Shown: piece after piece, positions 25,959 to 30,840 of the stretch
Layout: the number at the start of each line of letters is the position of its first letter
Numbering within the stretch: position 1 is the first letter of the stretch
Source: a virus
Taxonomy: Duplodnaviria; Caudoviricetes
Reading direction: 5' to 3' (one strand)
IMG/VR virus record: IMGVR_UViG_3300042332_000905
Coordinates: 1 to 30,840 of that record
Length of the DNA stretch: 30,840 nt
Translations under genes and position numbers: made by a program
Notes under the pieces: model-generated
The model's database searches: none
Told to the model about the DNA's origin: nothing
What the model saw: only the letters and a program-made list of their open reading frames with translations

Positions 25959-26221
25959 TTGTCTTGGTATGTTAATGCTTTTTCTAATTCTTGATAAGTA
26001 GTAGCAACTTTATCAATTGTTTCTGTAAGGATATTTTGTTTCTCAGAACTAACAGCATCTATTAGTTCTTTGTCTAAAACATCTATTAGATACGCACAAG
26101 CTCTTTTACAAGTTTCAACATCTTTGTTAGTGCTTGGTTCCTTATCCAATCCTACCAGTTTTTCACCTCTGGTTAATTCTGGAATTTTAAATTCCATAAC
26201 CTGTTTGATTTCTTCACTCAT
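25955..26221 (-). CDS. Divergent paralog of the 82-aa Acb2/Tad1-like protein
   Basis: ELTRGEKLVGL...PSTNKDVETCKRACAYLIDVLDKE aligns with ALTFGEQLVGL...PSADDKVAQAKALFAKAADLLEEE. Both end K(A/V)LT. Confidence 0.65.
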   Translation of the reverse strand: MSEEIKQVMEFKIPELTRGEKLVGLDKEPSTNKDVETCKRACAYLIDVLDKELIDAVSSEKQNILTETIDKVATTYQELEKALTYQDK

Positions 26222-26559
26222 GATTTTAGCTTTAAAAATTGTACTATCACTTTAGAAAACTCACTTATGCAGTTTTCAAATTCTTTATGTGTCATGAAAA
26301 ATTTGTAATCTCCTTCTACTGATGGGTCATCATATCTGACTCTGTGTGTAGTAAACACTATCTCCATAATTTCATGATTAATTATTGACCAAACATAAGT
26401 AGGATCTTTTTTCAAAGACCTGGTTCCAATTGTCAATTTACATTCTAAACTATCAAAAGAACCTCCATCAGATTTTGAATCAGTAAACACATTGTAAGTC
26501 ATGGGACCAATGATTACCTTTTTGGGAAACACAATATCATTATGATCTATGATTACCAT
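26218..26559 (-). CDS. Zincin-like small protein with a variant HEXXE motif
   Basis: PKKVIIGPMTYNV...G.F......I...SIINHEIMEIVF resembles phage metallopeptidase-like proteins, with Glu in place of the second His. Confidence 0.5.
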   Translation of the reverse strand: MVIIDHNDIVFPKKVIIGPMTYNVFTDSKSDGGSFDSLECKLTIGTRSLKKDPTYVWSIINHEIMEIVFTTHRVRYDDPSVEGDYKFFMTHKEFENCISEFSKVIVQFLKLKS

Positions 26560-26828
26560 ACAACAGAAATGTCATATTCATTAATCAACATCTTCACATC
26601 TTCACCAATAGTAATTCTTTCAGCATTCATCAAAACATTTGAAGACACATAAATGAAATCTCCTTCTTTCACTGCTTCAACATCAGCAGATGTTTTGAAC
26701 ACTTCTAACTTTGACCATTGTTTGATCATCTCTGTTTCCAATTGTTTTTCAACTTCTGGAGTCAACTCAATTACTGACTCTGGTCTTTTAGGTATTGTCA
26801 ATAATACCTTTCTTCCTAATAACTTCAT
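26553..26828 (-). CDS. GroES-like co-chaperonin
   Basis: 91 aa. MKLLGRKVLL ... VKEGDFIYV ... ITIGEDVKMLINEYDISVV mirrors Cpn10 (PLGDRVLV...VKVGD.V...I.GE...L..E.DI). Confidence 0.7.
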   Translation of the reverse strand: MKLLGRKVLLTIPKRPESVIELTPEVEKQLETEMIKQWSKLEVFKTSADVEAVKEGDFIYVSSNVLMNAERITIGEDVKMLINEYDISVVW

Positions 26829-26846
26829 AGTTTAAATTTTTTTGAT

Positions 26847-27074
26847 TTATTTACTTGCTTCTGCTTCCTCTTGCTCAGCCTCTTTTTGCAACTGCTCTAC
26901 AGAAGCTGTTATGTTAGCAATCATAGCTGCGTGTTGCAACCTCTCTGATTCATGCTTTACTGCACGTGCCTGTTGTTCTGCCAAGTCTGCACGTAGGGTA
27001 GCAACTTCAATCTGTTCTTTGTACCAAGCAATAACCTCATCTTTGCTTAGTGGTGTTTTTTCTTCTTCTGTCAT
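26847..27074 (-). CDS. Small coiled-coil protein, first gene of the minus-strand operon
   Basis: 75 aa, Glu/Ala/Gln-rich helix, 25 nt downstream of a consensus promoter. Confidence 0.75.
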   Translation of the reverse strand: MTEEEKTPLSKDEVIAWYKEQIEVATLRADLAEQQARAVKHESERLQHAAMIANITASVEQLQKEAEQEEAEASK

Positions 27075-27098
27075 TTTGGATATATTTTAGTTATGGCA

Positions 27099-27129
27099 CA
27101 AATATAACCAAAAGTTTAAACTTTGCAAA
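27099..27129 (-). promoter_or_regulatory. Consensus Bacteroidota primary-sigma promoter with a 14-bp palindrome in the spacer
   Basis: Minus strand TTTG (27129-27126) - N19 - TATATTTG (27106-27099). Palindrome AAAGTTTAAACTTT at 27111-27124. Confidence 0.8.
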
Positions 27130-27149
27130 TTTAGTATTATATTTACAGC

Positions 27150-27626
27150 ATGTATGTAACAAGAGAAATTGAATGGGAGGCTACACAGCTTTTGGCTGAA
27201 GCACTTGATGGTTTTGATACACATCCATCAGATACACTAATGGTAATAGTAAGTCCTGACTATAGTGCAAGTATAGGTATGCACATGGTTCATCACTTAA
27301 GTAAAGATGGCGAGATGCTAGACTTTGACTTCATAGAAGTACCATACCCAGATCAAGACGTAAACATATACATAAACAAATTCCTCAACTCTGGCAGCCT
27401 TGCCAAATACAAATCCTATAAACAAGTAATCCTAATAGAAGCAGGAGTAATCTCTGGCAAAAACTACACATGGATAACTAACATTCTCAAACAACACAAC
27501 ATTCCCTTCATCACCTCAACCCTGTTTGAACACAACAACAGCCAATACAAATCTAACGCAGTTGGCATGTACTACAGCACTGACCTAGAATTTTACTGGG
27601 AACGCCACAATAACCACTGGGCGTAG
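27150..27626 (+). CDS. Phosphoribosyltransferase-fold protein with a variant PRPP loop
   Basis: 158 aa. KQVILIEAGVISGKNY aligns with the type I PRTase motif (VLLVDDVI.SG.T). Ends LEFYWE. Confidence 0.6.
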   Translation: MYVTREIEWEATQLLAEALDGFDTHPSDTLMVIVSPDYSASIGMHMVHHLSKDGEMLDFDFIEVPYPDQDVNIYINKFLNSGSLAKYKSYKQVILIEAGVISGKNYTWITNILKQHNIPFITSTLFEHNNSQYKSNAVGMYYSTDLEFYWERHNNHWA

Positions 27627-27651
27627 GAAATTTTTTTTGGAAATTTTTTTT
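27626..27651. repeat. Perfect tandem 13-nt repeat GGAAATTTTTTTT x2
   Basis: Copies at 27626-27638 and 27639-27651. Confidence 0.9.
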
Positions 27652-27727
27652 AGGGTGTGGAATTTGTGATGAGGATGTGAGGATAGGGACTCCCACCATT
27701 GACAGCCCCCCCAAGACACAGAAACAA

Positions 27728-27749
27728 CTGCACCCCCCTATGCATTCAG
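27728..27749 (+). promoter_or_regulatory. 22-nt repeated motif, copy 1 (candidate phage RNAP promoter)
   Basis: CTGCACCCCCCTATGCATTCAG, 18/22 identical to the copy at 30552. Confidence 0.5.
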
Positions 27750-27765
27750 AGAGAACTCCTACACT

Positions 27766-27867
27766 ATGAATAAGATCTATGTGATAGCAGGAGTAAGCAT
27801 AGTTGCTAAGACTCTGGAAGAAGCGTATGCGTACTTCAGAGACATGTGCACCAATGCAAAAGGCTAG
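27766..27867 (+). CDS. 33-aa microprotein, not in the ORF track
   Basis: MNKIYVIAGVSIVAKTLEEAYAYFRDMCTNAKG*. Preceded by the 22-nt motif and a TCCTACA leader, followed by hairpins. Confidence 0.6.
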   Translation: MNKIYVIAGVSIVAKTLEEAYAYFRDMCTNAKG

Positions 27868-27896
27868 GTGGGATACCTAGCGCCTGCGCAGCGAAG

Positions 27897-27930
27897 GTGT
27901 AGTATATATATAGTATACTACACTTTTATT
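27897..27930 (+). terminator. Intrinsic terminator-like hairpin
   Basis: GTGTAGTATA-TATATAG-TATACTACAC followed by TTTTATT. Confidence 0.6.
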
Positions 27931-28026
27931 CCTCTCTATATAGGCTTAATGATTATAGCCTTTAGAATTATAATCAACCTAAATCATTTTGAACCTTTCA
28001 GTGCTCAGGTCAACTGTACATATATT

Positions 28027-28341
28027 ATGGCAACTATAACTTACAATGGCCAAGAACTTGTTAATGAAACTGAAATGTTTCACGATGAGATGAACCTAGA
28101 GTTTGGATTCACTGCTATCATCAAGTATAAGGATGAGTGGTTTCCAAGTAGATTTGAACCATCTCTCAAGACAGTGCGTAATGTGACTGAAGTCCATCAT
28201 CTTTACAGAAAAGGTGCTATTGCGTTAGAGTCTGATATTCATTATACAGGTGGTACATATGAATTGGATGAGATAGAGTATATCTCAATTGTACCTTCTG
28301 ATAAACTCTATGAAGAGTTTGAAGAGTGGACAACAATATAA
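28027..28341 (+). CDS. Hypothetical early protein (104 aa)
   Basis: Start moved to ATG 28027 (MATITYNGQ) because the upstream extension crosses a terminator hairpin. Contains NVTEVHHLY...IALESDIHYTG. Confidence 0.75.
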   Translation: MATITYNGQELVNETEMFHDEMNLEFGFTAIIKYKDEWFPSRFEPSLKTVRNVTEVHHLYRKGAIALESDIHYTGGTYELDEIEYISIVPSDKLYEEFEEWTTI

Positions 28342-28363
28342 CAGCAACTCCCTTTACGTTCAG
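28342..28363 (+). promoter_or_regulatory. 22-nt repeated motif, copy 2
   Basis: CAGCAACTCCCTTTACGTTCAG, 16/22 identical to the copy at 30552. Confidence 0.5.
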
Positions 28364-28432
28364 GATATAGGCTTTGCAATGTGGCCTTGAGAATTACATT
28401 GCACCATTTATTAACACTCAAAATCCTACATC

Positions 28433-28948
28433 ATGAGTGCACAAATTAAAATCGTTCCATCTGAGAATGGAACAACAGTTAGACAATATACTAATAACCC
28501 AGAGTATGGGTATGTAGTATTAGAAAGTTCAGACATCAGCTTTGCTAATGGCTGGATTAAAGAGTCTAAGCGCACGTGTCTATTACGTGCAAAAATGGAG
28601 TTGCTAACCATGTTTGCTTCACAGCCAAACATTCCTGGAAGGATTCACATCCAGGAGTTTCCTGAGAACCAAATTCCTGTGCATGTGCAAAAGGCACATC
28701 TCAGAGATGATGTCTCCTTTCAGGAAGCCATCAGTGGTTATGTGAAGAGTGCAGGTTCTGATGGACCTGCTCTGAAGGTTGGGGACTTCAAGATTTGTAG
28801 ATTCACACAATATGACCCAACAGGTCAGAGTGTGGACATCATACTTCAGCATGATAATATTGCTGAAGTGGAGATCTACAAGCAGAAGAAGGAAGGTGGC
28901 GATGGAGCCAACCTTCCAGGTGGTGATGGTGAACCAGCACCATTCTAA
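28433..28948 (+). CDS. Beta-rich protein with Gly/acidic tail ending PF, candidate ssDNA-binding protein; paralog of the gene at 30597
   Basis: 171 aa. C-terminus EGGDGANLPGGDGEPAPF resembles SSB tails. N-terminal ~60 aa are clearly similar to the 30597 product. Confidence 0.6.
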   Translation: MSAQIKIVPSENGTTVRQYTNNPEYGYVVLESSDISFANGWIKESKRTCLLRAKMELLTMFASQPNIPGRIHIQEFPENQIPVHVQKAHLRDDVSFQEAISGYVKSAGSDGPALKVGDFKICRFTQYDPTGQSVDIILQHDNIAEVEIYKQKKEGGDGANLPGGDGEPAPF

Positions 28949-28958
28949 ACAGGCATGT

Positions 28959-28990
28959 GGGAGAGAGCCTTCAATCTCTCCCTTTATTTT
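28959..28990 (+). terminator. Hairpin with GCCTTCAA loop (terminator-like), copy A
   Basis: GGGAGAGA-GCCTTCAA-TCTCTCCC then TTTATTTT. Confidence 0.6.
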
Positions 28991-29003
28991 AAATCTTAGT
29001 GTT

Positions 29004-29195
29004 ATGATTACTCTAGAATCATTAGTAGAAATGGACTATCTGAACTTTATTGCATTGACAGATACCATTGGTAAATTAAATGTTGGTACTGCTGAAGAAC
29101 AGCACCAAGCAAAATTAACTTATTGCAGACTTCAAGGAAAAGCACAACTGCTTGAAGAGTTAATTGAAAAAGCAAGGCTAGTAGAGTGTGCCTAA
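29004..29195 (+). CDS. Hypothetical protein (63 aa)
   Basis: Start moved to ATG 29004 (MITLESLVE), after the hairpin. The longer ORF overlaps the upstream gene. Confidence 0.65.
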   Translation: MITLESLVEMDYLNFIALTDTIGKLNVGTAEEQHQAKLTYCRLQGKAQLLEELIEKARLVECA

Positions 29196-29224
29196 AAACA
29201 CTCTAAAACTTAAATCCTACATTT

Positions 29225-29425
29225 ATGAAAAGTTTAAATTACTATGTAATGTCAGTATGTCTAGGACTATTGACATTAATCTTTCTAGAAGGTATCCTTA
29301 CTATGGGTAATGCCTTCAACTTCCAATCTTATGGTGTGTTTGCATGGATATGCCAGACAATTGGTGTGATATTTACTATCACTTTGTCTCTACACATTGC
29401 TATTAATGTGAAAGAAGACAAATAA
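29225..29425 (+). CDS. Small membrane protein with two predicted TM helices
   Basis: 66 aa. Hydrophobic segments YVMSVCLGLLTLIFLEGIL and GVFAWICQTIGVIFTITLSLHIAI. TCCTACA leader. Confidence 0.7.
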   Translation: MKSLNYYVMSVCLGLLTLIFLEGILTMGNAFNFQSYGVFAWICQTIGVIFTITLSLHIAINVKEDK

Positions 29426-29436
29426 AAAGGCTAGTA

Positions 29437-29466
29437 AGGGAGAGCCTTCAATCTCCCTCTTAATTT
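29437..29466 (+). terminator. Hairpin with GCCTTCAA loop, copy B
   Basis: AGGGAGA-GCCTTCAA-TCTCCCT then CTTAATTTT. Confidence 0.5.
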
Positions 29467-29480
29467 TAAATTTTAATGTT

Positions 29481-29762
29481 ATGAATAGTGCGTTAAATAC
29501 ACGTGAAAAAGTAAGTACTATGTTATTCAATTTGCCATATTACAGTGTGGCTAGATATTATATTATGGATGCAAAGCACCCAAGTTTAAACTTTGATGAA
29601 GAATCTGAAAAGTTTAAACAAAGACTTATTGACTTGAATTTGTCAAAGTCAACCATAGATGCTGCAATGCACCCTGAAGATGGGTCTTGTGCTCTTGAGT
29701 ATTTATCTTACTCACAGATATATTACATCATCTATGGTGAACATTTAATTACTAATCTTTAA
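29481..29762 (+). CDS. Hypothetical protein (93 aa)
   Basis: ORF with a leader similar to that of 29004 (TTTTAAAT.TTA.TGTTATG). Confidence 0.7.
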   Translation: MNSALNTREKVSTMLFNLPYYSVARYYIMDAKHPSLNFDEESEKFKQRLIDLNLSKSTIDAAMHPEDGSCALEYLSYSQIYYIIYGEHLITNL

Positions 29763-29774
29763 AATTCCTACATT

Positions 29775-30230
29775 ATGAAAACTTATGAAACTCCAGCAAC
29801 CCTTAGTCAAGCAGTTGCTAACCTAGAAGATGAACTTGCTTATTATAAAGAGCAACTTGCAGTACTTGATAGATTCAAAGGATTCACCATTAGTTCAGTA
29901 GCAAGAGCTGCTAAGATTATGGTTGATGACCATCTTCGTCAATATGTAGAAGGTTATAGAAACACTACTACAAAAATGATATATGAAGATGCAGGATTTG
30001 ATGTTGACTCTATAGCATTTAATGATGCAGTGTTATGGTCTGTAATGAACTGGTCTTCTAGAGACAGAAAGGGTGAAGAAGACATGATAGAATATATCAT
30101 GGACAAGATGTTAGAATTTTACCCTAATCTTGTTACAAGTAACCATGATGAAAGCAGTGCTCTACGTAAACAATTACAAGGGAGTTTGAAGCGTGCATAC
30201 AAAGTGGCAAAACTAATTGACAGTTATTAA
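29775..30230 (+). CDS. Hypothetical helical protein (151 aa)
   Basis: ORF with TCCTACATT leader. Confidence 0.75.
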   Translation: MKTYETPATLSQAVANLEDELAYYKEQLAVLDRFKGFTISSVARAAKIMVDDHLRQYVEGYRNTTTKMIYEDAGFDVDSIAFNDAVLWSVMNWSSRDRKGEEDMIEYIMDKMLEFYPNLVTSNHDESSALRKQLQGSLKRAYKVAKLIDSY

Positions 30231-30240
30231 GCGTTTAAAT

Positions 30241-30282
30241 TACCAGTATGTAGCGTGTGATGCGTTACGTACTGGTATTTAA
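30241..30282 (+). terminator. Long hairpin with G-U pairs after the 151-aa gene
   Basis: TACCAGTA-TGTAGCGT-GTGAT-GCGTTACG-TACTGGTA, 16 bp including 3 G-U pairs valid on the plus strand, then TTTAA. Confidence 0.55.
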
Positions 30283-30306
30283 TTACAGGTTTGTAGCGTG
30301 TGTAAC

Positions 30307-30537
30307 TTCAAAAACCAACTGTGACCAACCCATAGCATACAGTAAGGATAGCTTATAGAAAAAGATTGCATTCAAAAATCAAACTGAAACCAACCAAGAG
30401 CATACAGTAGGAAAATAGTTGTCTCCACCGTGTGTAACAATGAGACTCAGTGTCTAGTTATCAAGTACTTACAAAATACTGATTTTTCTCAAATTGTCTA
30501 CAATGGGTCCACTGAGAGCATACAGTAGCATACAGTA
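30307..30537 (+). repeat. Dispersed direct repeats: AGCATACAGTA x4, two of them inside ~42-nt degenerate units
   Basis: Core at 30334, 30399, 30517, 30527. Long units TTCAAAAA.CAA..CTG..ACCAACC.A.AGCATACAGTA.GGA at ~30307-30348 and ~30371-30412. Confidence 0.85.
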
Positions 30538-30551
30538 AGAGCTGTCCAACA

Positions 30552-30573
30552 CAGCAACCCCCTAGGAATTCAG
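30552..30573 (+). promoter_or_regulatory. 22-nt repeated motif, copy 3
   Basis: CAGCAACCCCCTAGGAATTCAG, 23 nt upstream of ATG 30597. Confidence 0.5.
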
Positions 30574-30596
30574 TATTAATAATTAAATCTTGTATT

Positions 30597-30840
30597 ATGT
30601 CTACAGTTAAAATTGTGCCAGGAAAGACTGGTAATTTGGTGTCTACCTACCAAAACAACGCTGAGTTTGGTTACATTCAGCTTGAGTCTAGTGATATCTC
30701 CATTAATGGCGGTTGGATTAGAGAAAGCAAAAGGTCTTGCTTGTTAAGAGCTAAGACTCAATTGCTTACGCAGTTTGTCACAATGCATAAGAACTTGGAA
30801 GTTCCAGGTAAAATTGCAGTATTAGAGTACTTGGAAGATA
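30597..30840 (+). CDS. Paralog of the 28433 protein, truncated by the window edge, not in the ORF track
   Basis: MSTVKIVPGKTGNLVSTYQNNAEFGYIQLESSDISINGGWIRESKRSCLLRAKTQLLTQFVTMHKNLEVPGKIAVLEYLED... Confidence 0.85.
   Translation, partial: MSTVKIVPGKTGNLVSTYQNNAEFGYIQLESSDISINGGWIRESKRSCLLRAKTQLLTQFVTMHKNLEVPGKIAVLEYLED

Noticed and set aside
5552-27090. Many short plus-strand ORFs (60-102 aa) and alternate-frame minus ORFs at 13122 and 25490
   Set aside because: They overlap longer, motif-bearing minus-strand genes and show no recognisable features.
27868-29003. Long N-terminal extensions of ORFs 27868 and 28779, and minus ORFs 28426 and 28619
   Set aside because: Extensions run through terminator-like hairpins or overlap the 171-aa gene. 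Downstream ATGs have better leaders.
30307-30537. Mini-CRISPR array
   Set aside because: Units are degenerate and irregularly spaced, two cores are tandem with no spacer, and no cas genes are present.
1-30840. Stop-codon reassignment (TAG or TGA), known in some crAss-like phages
   Set aside because: Core genes are full length in code 11. TAG ends the portal and 75-aa genes and TGA ends terL at sensible boundaries.

Overview
AT-rich, gene-dense DNA from a tailed phage with crAss-like (Crassvirales-type) organisation. A Bacteroidota host is inferred from a perfect TTTG-N19-TAnnTTTG promoter and A/T-rich leaders without Shine-Dalgarno motifs. Positions 1-27074 form one long minus-strand block. 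In transcription order it holds: small accessory genes (GroES-like co-chaperonin, two Acb2/Tad1-like hairpin paralogs, a PGDYG-like + WDGH-like fusion, a GWMKSTKAM protein, a microprotein); winged-helix and HU/IHF-like proteins; a Zn-finger; a PD-(D/E)XK nuclease; terminase; portal; scaffold-like protein; major capsid protein; head-tail/ring and auxiliary structural proteins; and four Cys-rich modular fibre/adhesin proteins. The last fibre gene starts at 4258, runs off the left edge, and is missing from the supplied ORF track. After a divergent promoter region at ~27100, the plus strand has a PRTase-fold gene, a probable genome-end/packaging junction (27626-27750), and early-type small genes separated by several families of repeated cis-elements. 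Top leads: (1) a candidate anti-defence cassette of nucleotide-signal sponge-like proteins at 24623-26221; (2) a circularly permuted Fib_succ_major (FISUMP) domain inserted into the big fibre; (3) repeated early-region signals (22-nt motif, GCCTT-loop hairpins, TCCTACA leaders, AGCATACAGTA repeats) flanking a duplicated SSB-like gene; (4) a three-hairpin, possibly switchable RNA directly after the capsid gene. All family assignments come from motif recognition by eye, not from database searches.
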